A DNA stretch of 64,000 nucleotides from Anthoceros angustus (lineage: Eukaryota > Plantae > Anthocerotophyta): NCBI GenBank assembly GCA_010909165.1, contig VJWM01000323.1, positions 1-64,000 of the forward strand, written 5' to 3'. This document shows positions 13,430 to 24,500 of the stretch, one piece after another. The position numbers and the translations under genes were made by a program. Below the pieces are notes generated by a model, which was not told the DNA's origin, did not search any database, and was given only the letters and a program-made list of their open reading frames with translations. Numbering within the stretch: position 1 is the stretch's first letter; each line of letters opens with the position of its first letter.

Positions 13430-13620
13430 TAGTTTGCGATGCTCCCATCGACATACTCCCAAACATCTCTCGCGTTGAGGTTAGCTTGCATTCGTGCTCT
13501 CCAGCTTTCGTAATGGACAGGTTTGCCATCAAACCGGTCCTTTTCTTTGAATTCTCCAGAGTATGTGCCGGCTTGAGTAACGGTACCCATGTTGAGAGGG
13601 GGTGGAACCACTAAATGCGG
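13430..13620 (-). pseudogene. Copia gag N-terminal fragment (probably from a separate element)
   Basis: DRFDGKPVHYESWRARMQANLNARDVWEYVDG is a typical Copia gag N-terminus. It lies downstream of the Copia A gag and protease motif, so it is out of order for Copia A. Confidence 0.7.
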
Positions 13621-13829
13621 TGGTGGGTTGAATGCAGGGTAACTAGCTTGCAGAACGTAAGAAATGCTCGCTTCATGCCTAGATCCTCGCTACCATCACC
13701 GCCAATCCTCCCAAAACAACCAACGTAGACCAAAAGACATGGAATACAAAAAGACATGTGGTAAGTACCGTTCTGTGGGTGATCATTTAGGTTAGATGTC
13801 AACAGATGCAAACTAACGCGAAACGGTTG

Positions 13830-14550
13830 GGAAGATGGAGGCCGTGTCCAGCCTACCAACCGTCACCCTTAGGAAGAGCGGCGATTGATGTCTCGCCGCG
13901 TGGCACTTCGCAGGCTGCGTGATCGCACTCATATCCCCTCCAACTGAGCGGCGGATCCCGTAGCCGCGAGGCTTACAATTGGCCGCCCGCCGCTTGATCG
14001 CCTGGTCGATCCTCGCAGGGCGGCAGAGATGAGAGCAGATTGGCAGCCGATGACACCGGGCGCACGCAGTCCACTTCCAAGCGCCCAACTGGCCTCGACA
14101 AAGAAGGACAAGAAGTCGTGACCTGCAAGGGGGTTTGATAACAATAATGGTGCGCCGCCTCGCCGTAAAAGTAAGGATTGTTGTCGACAAATTTGGGTAA
14201 GAATCGACTCCTCGATGCTGGTAATCCTTGAGCGTAAGGCCTCCAGCCTGAATTCAACCAAGGAATCAAAAGAATTGAACCCTCCGTCGATCGTCAGCAT
14301 GTAGGTGAGTCTGGATTGTCTCAATCATGACCGTTGGGTGGGACGAGGAAGGGGCCTGCCCCAAAGTTGAGTTGGTGAGACCTCCTCGCTGGTGGAGGAG
14401 ATGCCCACAAGCGTCGCTGGCCGGCAGGAAACTTGTGCACAAAATGACGGTTCCCCTGCCGCTCAACTTGATGTGTTCGGCTCCTGTGTTGTCTGTTCAC
14501 AAATTGTGACAACGTCTCCTCAGGCCGCCGTCCGTTTCTCCGCGCCATTT
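13830..14550 (-). pseudogene. Copia A gag and protease motif (decayed)
   Basis: Gag-like FNSFDSLVEFRLEALRSRITSIEESIL, a degenerate zinc-knuckle region, and RLDTAS at ~13840 as a protease D(S/T)G-like motif. Lies between the PBS and INT. Confidence 0.65.
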
Positions 14551-14744
14551 TGCAATTGTAGTAGACTCATTTACATATCCATTAGAGAAAAAGTACTAAT
14601 TATGTCTAGAGTGCAAGCAGAGATGAATTTCTAATCACACAAAATACAAATCCCTCAAGCAGAGATTTGTACATTATGTGGATAGCAAAATCATCTACGC
14701 TGAAAGCATTCTAGACTAGAATTAGATGGATCAAAAGAGCTAGT

Positions 14745-14756
14745 GCTCTGATACCA
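14745..14756 (-). other. Copia A PBS complementary to tRNA-iMet
   Basis: Plus strand gctctgatacca = TGGTATCAGAGC on the minus strand, abutting the LTR. Confidence 0.95.
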
Positions 14757-14914
14757 TGCTAACGCGGAAGCGTGCTTACAAATGAAAAGCATTGATTAAT
14801 AAATGGCATGAGATGTCTCCTTAAATACAAAAATTTGGTGTCTCTTGAGTTAACTACCTAACTAGAGTATATTTAATATGAGATAAGCTATGTTAGGGTT
14901 TCTTACTCCTAACA
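14757..14914 (-). repeat. Copia A 5' LTR (158 bp)
   Basis: Near-identical to 3968-4125; followed by TSD GGAAG. Confidence 0.95.
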
Positions 14915-15569
14915 GGAAGATGGGTCAAGTGCCCGTAATGGTGGAATTGTGCAGATCCGTCAGAGGGGCTCTAGGCCTGAGCTCAGACAGAGGAGGCAGA
15001 ATTGGTGCAAGGATGGGAGCGGGAGCTCATGTTCGGTGAGCAGCCACAAGGGTTGCAAGAGGAGGCCATGGCGGTGCCGAGGCAGTGCTCAATGGAGTCA
15101 CGGCGTGAGGATGGCATGATAGGGCCGTGTGTTGAACTAGGAAAGGCCGGTAGAGCACTTACAGCAGTTGAATTTGTAGCTGGGCTACAAGATGGAGGTG
15201 TGGCCAAACCATAGGAAGGCAAAGGTGTGGCAACACATGGTGAAGGGATCACAACAGTGTGCATCATGACGGAATGCGTGGGGCTGCAAGTCAAAGTGAA
15301 GGGAGGCCGTTGTGGTGGCCGCAAAGAGAAATGGGTAGCAAGAAGGGTTGATACGAGATGTTGTGGAGGCGTGAGGAGTTTACCGGGGAATAAGTCTAGT
15401 TTATTCAAGTTGAGAGTTGTGCATAAGCAATTGGGTGTGTTGGACAATGAAGCTGTAAGAACTCCAAAGTTAAGCGTTCTAAGGGTGGATCAGTACCGAG
15501 ATGGGGTGCTTTTTGTGTGTGGTGTTTCAGCTTATTATCTTTGCAGAAGTCACATCAGAGCAGGGTGGT

Positions 15570-15960
15570 AGGGTGGTAGTGGACGTAGGGCATGGCACTC
15601 CCTACTGTAGGGAGGGAGGTGCACCACGCGGAGTGCAGGTGGCGGAGGGTCCCGGACGTTAAGGTAGTATGTAGGGTAGCAACAAGGGTGACCCTACACA
15701 GGTAGAGTGGGTCCCACATGTATGTATGTGGGTAGGACTCATGCGTGTCCATAAGTAGGGGATATGTGCAGACTAAGGCTCCATAAGTAGGGGATATGTG
15801 GGTAGGACGCGCGTGTCCCACGCACTTCTACATCGTGGAGTAGTAGGCGGTGCCCACAAGTAGGGGATATGTGGGTAGGACGGTGCGTGTCCCTACGCAC
15901 TTCCCTACCGAGGGAACAAGTAGGGGATAGAGATGCAGGGTAAGACTGTGGTGGCCCTAC
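15570..15960. repeat. Imperfect tandem minisatellite (core agtaggggatatgtgggtaggacg...gtgtccc.acgcacttc)
   Basis: Core recurs about four times at irregular 30-70 bp spacing. A similar gtagg/cctac-rich array lies at 13140-13330. Confidence 0.7.
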
Positions 15961-16841
15961 ATGGGTAGGATGAAGTGAGAGAGATGCAGTATGGGTGTGG
16001 GGCCCCTCACGGTAGCGTTGGCTAGATAGGTAGGTGGGATGAGTGTCTCCTCACCGTAGAGTGGTGAGGTCTCCTCACCGTGAGGGAGTGGTGAGACCCC
16101 ACGGGGCGCAAGTGGGCGACACCCTACTTGGATACTTGGGAAGCAAACTTTCCATATTAGGCGTGTCAACCTAGGAAGTTGTTAAAAGGGCGTATATGCA
16201 AGGTTGTGGATAAATAGGATATATTAGGAATAATGGAACATAAATATGTAGGTAGGGTGCTTTTAGGGCTAAACAGAGGATTTGGAAATGGTGCCACATG
16301 GCAAGGAATCACCTATATCAAGGAGTTTCAGTACTACCAAAGGGGGCCTGTGTGTAGGGAGTGGCACCTAGGAAGCTATGAGGAATTGTAGGAAAGAGCT
16401 TGTGCATGCAAGGGAAAGCTAGGCAAGGACTTGGTGGGAATCAGCCTGTGTGCAAGGAGAAGGAGGTGTGCATGCATAAGGAGTTGTGTGTGAAGGATTT
16501 GAAGCAATCGTGAAGAGGGCAACGGCGCTGATTATTTTGTGCCTAGGACCTTGCAAGTGAGGGATTTGAAGCATAAGGAGTATATCCGTGAGGACATCAA
16601 GTTTGAGCTAGGTGGGACTGTGGAGTGAAGAGGAAGTAAGTGGAAAAGGGTTGAAGTTGCTCTCTTGGTGGATTTTGTGTGGCGAGTGAAGAAAGCTTGC
16701 AATTGTGTGTAGAAACTGAGGTGACAACTAGGTGGAAACGAGCACGTGGGCGTGCCCAAGCTTGTCTTGTTTGTGCAGTTATTTTGAAGGTGCAAGATGG
16801 TGAAAGCGCCTGCACCTAAGAAGGGCAAGTTGGTTGCTAGG

Positions 16842-19800
16842 TGTGGTAGGGAAAACCCCGGGCACTCCCGAGGTCCTCCCACTATAGCGGCCACACTTAT
16901 CCCATTGTCGCTTCGTACGTTGGGTTTCGTCCCATGAGACTTGTGTGAAAGTTCCAGGCCTTGTGATCGCCGATCGCTACCTGCAGAGACACAAATTCTC
17001 AGCCTTCTCAACGAGCAAGGCGCCCTCCACTCTCCCTCTTACAAGAGTGCACCACTTGCGCGCTCAAAAATCGCCAATCCTCGACCTACATACAACACAC
17101 CGGTGCCCCGCCGAGGGAGCCTATCACGGCGCCTGTGACCCCCGATCCACACCGCGATTTCGTCCCTACTAAGACCACTCTTCTCCACCTGTGAGCGCTT
17201 TACTTGCATTTGGGATTCCCTTAGGCTCGCCTGTGGCCTTCCACCAACACCCACCTCTAATCCTCTACTCATCTTCTCATCTCTCATCCTCTTCCTCCTA
17301 TTCTAACCTCGCTTTCATCGGTTTCTCGACCGCTTACGACAACCGCTGGGTCGGCCTCCACCAAGTTCTTCCTTGGCTTGCTGAGTTTGACACGAGAACC
17401 TCCCAGGAGTCTTTCCCCTCAAGCCGAGAGTTCCCCGGCATTGCCACACACCCAAAGCAAAGCAATTTCACACAACCATTCACAAGGGGAGCAACTCGTT
17501 TAGGCACTTGCAGGAGCAAGTCCTCCACCAAGCACTCCGACCACCGCGACTTCCTCTCTACCGAGACTGCTGTTGGCTCACACCGCACGAAATTCCTCTG
17601 TAATGGCAAAGGACTCGAGGGTGGAAGCGCAAGACATGATACTTTACTTTGTGAAATCCTCCTCCTCTTATAGGAGGCCTTCATACACCTCCCTTAGGTG
17701 ACCCTACCGCAGTCACCTTTTCCAATTTTCTATTATTTCCTACAAGATTTAATGTCCTGCATCTAAGTCATTGTCGATCCTTGGTAAATTCTATTCTAGT
17801 AACTTCACCTAAGACCATCCTTAAGGATGTCACACCATCATCCTTCTATTCTTCCCAAAGCTCATTTATGGTCATTGACCATTCTAGTCCTTATCGCTGG
17901 TGGACGTGTCTTGTGGGATTGGCTCCTCGCCTCCTTTTGCTCTGCCTTCCCGCATCTTCCTAATGTGTGGGGTACAATCTGCCCCCTTCCTCCATCTCTG
18001 CGGGCGGCATTCCTTCCATTTCGCCTCCGGCCAGCGCGCCTTTTCTCCTCCGCCGCTCTGGCCTTCATCGCACTACCGCGGTAGTCCGGACATCGGTACA
18101 CTACCTACCATGGTAGTCGCCCTATCTCCTTCTTCTCCTTCCTCCATCGGTGATCTTCGGGGTGAGTTCCTCTCCTTCCTTGCCGTTGATTTGTCCATAC
18201 CTATCATGGAGCATGTCTTCTCTTCCCCATTGTCACCATGCACTAACTCTCCGGCCTTTTGCTGGTCCTCTCCTCGGCCCGGCCTCCCTTATCGTGGGTG
18301 AGGGAACTCACCCTCCCCTTCCTCGGCTGACACTTAGTCTCCTCCGGGGTTGTCTCCCCACCACCTGCTCCTCCTCAGGGTATACTACCGGACCCCGGCT
18401 CCTTCATCCTCGCCAGCCTCGCCCGACTCCCCAGCCCGCGCCTGCACCCTACCCCTAGTCCGCACACAGAGTGTGGTTGTCACCGGACCGCGACTGTGGT
18501 AGTGGTCACCCACCGTGGTAGGTTGACCCCTGTGAGGGTGGGCTTCCTCCGCGCCACCTTCTACCTTGGCGCCACGGCCGCCTCCTTCCCTCCCGACTCC
18601 TCGATTCCTGAGTCCATTTCCCGATGGCCTCATCAAAATCGGAGGCCTCTGGCTGCACTTGCAGCTCCTTTCTCCATCATCATGAGGACCCAATGTCCTC
18701 CTCTTGGCCAAACGCAAGACTCATTGTTGGCCTTCAAAATCTATTGTGGAGGTGAGCCCCAAGCTATGATATTGCATTTGGAGATCATCAATCTCCGTGG
18801 GCCACTCTCCATCTTCACACCTACCTTGTAGGCGTCCCTTGAGGTGGTCAATTCCCCACCTTGACATGGAGGGTCACATTCTCCTCCCTCACTTTACTTG
18901 GCCAATTTTGCTCAAGGGCATAGTCCGCCCAAAATCGCTTCTCACCACCGATTCTGCACCACCTTCTTGTGATGCTCCTCCTCTTGGAACCTCCTTTGTT
19001 CCAGAGCCTGCTTGGCAAGTCTCTTCCTTCTCCACTTGCCACCACTCTTTCTTGCCGATCTTGAGCCTAGCGCCTTCTTCCAAATTGAACCGGTCCTTCC
19101 TCCTCTTCCATGTCCCGGATTTTGATGGCTTGGGTAGCCATCACTGCTCTGCGTCCAATTGCCGGACGCTATCTTCTCCTTCCGAGAGCCTCTTTTTGCC
19201 CTTCGCTCTTGCTCTAATTGGGCAAAATGCTCCGCCTGCCTCCATGAATTTGGGTTGTTGCCCGAATGGCTCTCTTCTTCAGACACCTTCCCTCTAGGAC
19301 CTTCTCCACCGCTCATCCATGAGGTCGCTGAGCTTCTACCTTTTCCACGCCTTTTCATCGGACTCCATGGCCTCCAATTGCCATTAGTCCCCGCCTTCCT
19401 CCGGCCATGTCTTGAGATTTCACTTCCTCTTGGCATGCCCACAAGGAGGCTGCTAGGTCCCTAGCCCCTTCTTCAAATCCGAGTGCTTCACAAGCACCCA
19501 AGAAATTCTCCTAGGGGTCCTAATTCCCCCTTTCTTGCTGGAAATTTCCAGCTCTCACTCGGGCCATCGCGGCGCGCTGGTCCCTCACTCGCTCCATCCG
19601 CCTCCCACCCGGAGGGAGATGGGCCTCGGCGCCGCCTCGCTTCTTCCCTTCCTGCCAGAGGCTCGCTACCGGGTGCCGCCTACCGCGGTAGTGCCTACCT
19701 ACCATGGTGATCGCCTACCACGGTAGGCCGCCCACCCTTGGTAGACGCCTCCCGGGGTAGTCGGGGTGCCTCTCTAGGCACAAATGAGATGGTGGGACTC

Positions 19801-21624
19801 CCCCACCCTTCTGTCACCCCCGTGGTAGTCCTTCTCTCATAGACCACCATTCGGCCTTCCTCGGCCGGTTCCTCCTCTCCCTTGCTCCTGAAAGATTCCC
19901 ACTCCGCAACCTTGTTGCCTCCACATCCTTCTCCTCTTGCTTCTAGCATGCTTGTGGAGGTCGACCTCCCACCGCCTCAATGCAAAAGGCAAAGGCCTTT
20001 CCAACTTGGTGGAGATGGATGACTCAAAGGATGCCAAGCATCTTCAAGCTCCTTGCTTGTGAGAAGCCCCTCGTTTCCCACAAATGCACCAAATAGGTGC
20101 TAGGTAGCCTTGGCCCTTCCTCATCCACCGAATTTGGCTTGAGGAGCTTCTCTGGTGGATGTACGCTTCATACATGATGGTTCCCCAATCCGCTTGGCTC
20201 CCATGGAAATCTTCCACAAAATTGGAGGAAGTTGGTGAAATAAGAAGTGCGTTGGTAATTTACCAACCCCAAGACAATCTTTGAAGAGCCTCCACTTCAC
20301 CTCCTTGATGCTCCAGCCCATTCTGGGCCTTCACCTCCATCCATCATGTCAAGGAATTCTGGAATGTCGGAGAGGGCCTCTTCCTCCATTCGACCTTTCG
20401 AGGAGAGCAATTCGAGCTCTCCTCCTCCGGCTCCATACACTGTCCGATGCCCGAACAGGATCCCATTCCTCCGGTGCAAGGGCTCGATTGATGGAGGTTG
20501 ATGTAACACTCCTCAATCAATTCCAAATTGGTGTAGGCCCATTGGCCATACACCCATCCCAATTGGATGTTTTCCTCCGCCTTGCCGAAAATCAACCAAA
20601 TCGGGGTTGAGCTGCCAAAGCAAGTGAATTGAGGCATCTCGACCTCACCGTGCTCCTTTTCCTTTCCTCCTCGCGAGGAAGAGCCTGGCTGTGGCTCCTT
20701 CCCTTGCCTTTCCTCGAGGCATGGTGGCTCTTCTTCCCAAGCCAAGGAAGGAAATTACTCCAATTTGAGAGCTTCAAAATTTCACACTCAACAAACCTCT
20801 TCCTTGTTGTGGTAACACACTTCAGACACGTTAGCCCGGCTTGAATTTTCCAGCTGCGCCAACCTCCTCCGTGGTCCTTCTTCCAGGCGTAGCGCCGCCA
20901 CCAATTCACAACGCTCTTCCCGCCTCAATTCCACGCCACGCCTCAAGTGCTCCGCCTTCTTGGCTCGCACACTTCCTCCGTGGGGGCGTGGAGAGCTCCC
21001 TTCGCTTGCACGCGCTTTCTCCTTCCACCGGTCTCCCGCCACTGGTCTTCTTTCTCGGGAGCGCGCTCGCCTCCCGCTTGCGGCGATGGCGCGGCGATGG
21101 CGGCCTTCCTTCCTTCCTGCTCACGCCCAACTCCAGCTCGTCTAGCTTTTGCGAAGTGGAGGGCGCGGTCCAAAACCGCACTTTGCCCCTTTGGATGTCT
21201 CGCCACCGGCGGTGCACAACCCTAGATTGGATTCATCATTCCAAAATCCTAATTCTATCTATTTTCCTATCCTCGCTATTCCTAATTAATCGCTTAATCA
21301 TTTGATATATTTATTCCTATCGATGAGCATATATAGTGGATATCCTCTATTCTAAATTCTAGTTTAGAGCCTTCAGTCTCCCCGATAGTCCGCCTTCCTC
21401 TCACCGACGTAGTGTGTGGCTACGGTAGTGCCACCCATCACCTTCTGACCGCCCTATCTCGCCAAGGGTCATTTTGACCCGCTTTTCCTAAGATATCCTC
21501 TCTTCCCTAAAGATCCTACAACTCCAGCTTCAAGATTTGAAAAATTCAGCATGATCCTTCAATCGTAGCCAAAAAAATCAAACTTGCCGGCTCTTTTGGT
21601 GGTTGCCCAAACTTACGCTCCACA
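16842..21624 (-). mobile_element. Solo LTR of the giant-LTR Gypsy family (4783 bp)
   Basis: TGTGG...CCACA termini and 5-bp TSD CTAGG (16837-16841, 21625-21629). No internal LTR pair, PBS or pol. Colinear with 38376-43079. Strand assigned from TATA and PBS orientation. Confidence 0.9.
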
Positions 21625-21869
21625 CTAGGACAGAGAAGAGGTACAAATGCGAATTTAATGCTTCCCCAGTGTGAAGGCTAGGCGCTGGTGTGACATTGGG
21701 ACGGGTGGAGATCAAAGCAATGCATGGGTATAGCCCATTGGGCCTATGTCAACTTGGAGATGATAGAGGAATGATTTATAAACTTCACTATGCCGCCGGT
21801 GAACTTGAGGAACTAGAGAATAGGGATGCAAGGATCGATCTGTGATGCCCAACACATCCGATGTATATG

Positions 21870-24500
21870 GAAGGCCGAGGATGACTCGAGGAGGAAGAGG
21901 AAGGCATGGAGCAAGATCCGCCACGGGAGACCTTCTTGCAAAGTGGAGAGCGTGGAGGCCATATAAGAAGTGACCCTACGTCCGTAGGAGGTGTAGAGGG
22001 TGGCCCTACATCCGTAGGATCACCAGGCGTGCGACGGCATCTAGAGGTAATTGAAGGGTTGGTGGTAGCTTGGAGGTGGGCTCATTGCTTGGGGAGACTT
22101 TCTTAGAGGAGGACAGTATAATGCTTGTCAACCCGAGGGTGTGTTGACTAGCTAGATAGGAATGTTGACAGAGCCATTAAGGCTCACATAGGTGAAGTTT
22201 GCTAGAATAGAATTTTACCCAAGATGCTTGGATGTCGAACTTAAAGTCGACAGGGATACACTAGAATAAGGAGTGAGGCAGGGAGGGCGCGTGGGAGGTC
22301 AGTATGTGAGGACCTCCCTATAAAAGGAGGGAGCTTGTGAAGTAAAATTATCGTCTTGCGCCCCAAACTCGCGAGTCCTTTGCTCCTTGTGAAGGAATTT
22401 CGTGCGCCGCAAGCTAACGCAGGTCCGGTAGAGAGAGGAGTTTTGTGGTCGGAGTGCTTGGCGGAGGGCTTGCTTGCGGGCGCCCGCAGTTGCTCCTTGT
22501 GAATGGTTGCCGTGAAATTGCTTTGCTTTGGGTGTGTGGCGATGCCCAAGGAACTCGGCTTGAGGGTAGACTACATGGAAAGACTCGGAGGTTCTCCCGT
22601 GTGCAAACTCATAGCAACCCAAGGAAGAACTTGTTGGCTTGTAGGCGCACTCCTGTCAGTAAGGGCGAGCTAGCTGGAGCTTGAAGTAAGGTTAGATTAG
22701 GAGGATGAGGAGTTGAGTTGAGGTGAGTGTTGAGGAGAATGTGGAGCTCGAATGTTGAGTAGAGGAGTAGGTAGAGATTAGGAGTAAGAAGAAGGCCCAA
22801 GTCGAGCCTAAGGGAGGGGTCCCAAATCGCACCAAACCGAGACCGAAGCGGGCTAAGGTCTCAAAATCACGGGGTGGAGAAGTCGCTACCGTAGGGGGTC
22901 CCTGTGAGAGGCGATGGACCTACCGAGAGGGTGGGACCTGACGTAGGGATGTCGTAGGTCCGGAGCGAGATCTCGAGCAGTGGAGGTGTCGTGGCTGCCA
23001 GGAGTTTTGTGGGCGCCAGTTGTAGTTGGAGCGCCGTGGCCGGAAGTTGGAGAGGCCTTGAACTAGGGCGAGGTAACTATGCGCGCGCCAGTGCCCCCAC
23101 GGTGGTAGGCGCGCTGGGATAGGGTGTCTCCTCCCACGTAGGAATGAGGGTGTGGCCCACCAATCGGATCTCCTACAACTCTCCTACAAGTGGTAGGAGG
23201 GTAGGCCCTACAATTGTTTGTTGTTGGTTGTAGGTCCCGAGGCGGCGATTCGACGGAGCGGGAGCCGCCGAGTTGGTGGTTGAGATGCCAATTGTGGGAA
23301 GGCATGGGAAAGGAATAGTGGAAGATCACGGGTGGTGAAGTCGCTGCAACGTAGGGGGTCCCTACGCAGGCTCGCGACCACCGGGGTGTGGACCCACCGA
23401 GGGGTGTCGCCAGGTAGAGGCGGTGAATTTACGGGCAAGGCAGGTGTAGCCTGAGAGGGAGCGTGAGAGGCCTTGCTTGTTTAGAAGGCCGAGGTAGTGT
23501 GTAGCCGCAGTAGCAGATTTCTCAAGATCCGACTGCTCCACAAGTCTCATGGGACGAAACCCAATGTATTTAAACGACAAAGGGATAAGTGTGGCCACTA
23601 GAGGGTGAATCTCTGAAGCCCCGGGATCTGCCTCCCACAAGAGGTGAGAGCAAAAGGAGGGCGGGAGCCAATCCAAAGGACATACCAACCTGAGATGAAG
23701 GACTAGGTATGGTCAAAGGCCATAAATGATGAGCAGGAGAATAGGAAGAGTAGGTGGTGTAAGACTGACATCCTTCGAGGATGATCTTAGGTGAAGTTGC
23801 TAGAATAGAATTTTACCAAGGATCGACAAGAACTTAGATGCCGTGCTTTAAATGTCAAGTGTAGGAAATAATAGAATATTGGAAAAGGTGACCGCAGAGG
23901 GTCACCCAAGGAGGTTGTATGGAAGGCCTCCTATAAGAGGAGGAGGATTTCACAAAGTAAAGTATCATGTCTCGCCCATACTCGCGAGTCCTTTGCCCTT
24001 GTAAAGGAATTTTGTGCCGGTGAGCCAACGTGTCTGCAGAGAGGAAGTCATGTGGTTGGAGTGCTTGGTGGAGGACTTGCTCCCGCAAGTGCCTAAACGA
24101 GTTGCTCCTTGTGAATGGTTGCTGGAAATTGCTTTGCTTTGGGTGTGTGGCAATGCCTGTGGAACTCTTGAGGGTAGGCCACGTGGAAAGACTGGAGGTT
24201 CTCAGCTGTGTCAAACTCATAGCAACCGCCCAAGGAAGAACTTGCCGTGGAGGCCGACCCTGTCAGCCAGGCGGGCAGTCAAAGCCAAGAAGCCCGAATC
24301 CGAGGTTAGAATAGGAGGAAGAGGATGAGGAGATGAGTAGAGGATTAGAGTAGGTGTTAGTGGAAGGCCACAAAGAGCCTAAGGGACGAATCCCAACTGC
24401 AAGTAAAAGGGCGCCCCGAGTGGAGAAGAGTTGGTCTTAGAAGTAGGGACGAAATTGCGTGTGGATCGTGGGGTCCCTCGGCGCCCGTGATAGGCTCGCC
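21870..24500 (+). repeat. Mosaic of giant-LTR 3' fragments (at least 3 partial copies)
   Basis: 21870-23000 matches 8180-9230. 23200-23639 matches the LTR end (...ctcccaca). 23640-24500 repeats the TATA/R segment. Confidence 0.8.

Larger units (their letters stand above)
3968..14914 (-). mobile_element. Ty1/Copia LTR retrotransposon A, full-length, with a ~5.6-kb nested insertion (~8180-13830)
   Basis: 158-bp LTRs TGCTAAC...CCTAACA at 3968-4125 and 14757-14914. 5-bp TSD GGAAG at 3963-3967 and 14915-14919. PBS and PPT present. Domain order on the minus strand is gag-PR-INT-RT-RH. Confidence 0.95.

Noticed and set aside
13430-13620. Gag N-terminus of Copia A
   Set aside because: It lies downstream of the Copia A gag and protease motif, so it is treated as a separate fragment.
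15570-15960. CRISPR-like array (also considered for 51065-51400)
   Set aside because: Repeats are degenerate and irregularly spaced, lack unique constant-length spacers, and sit in a eukaryotic TE context.
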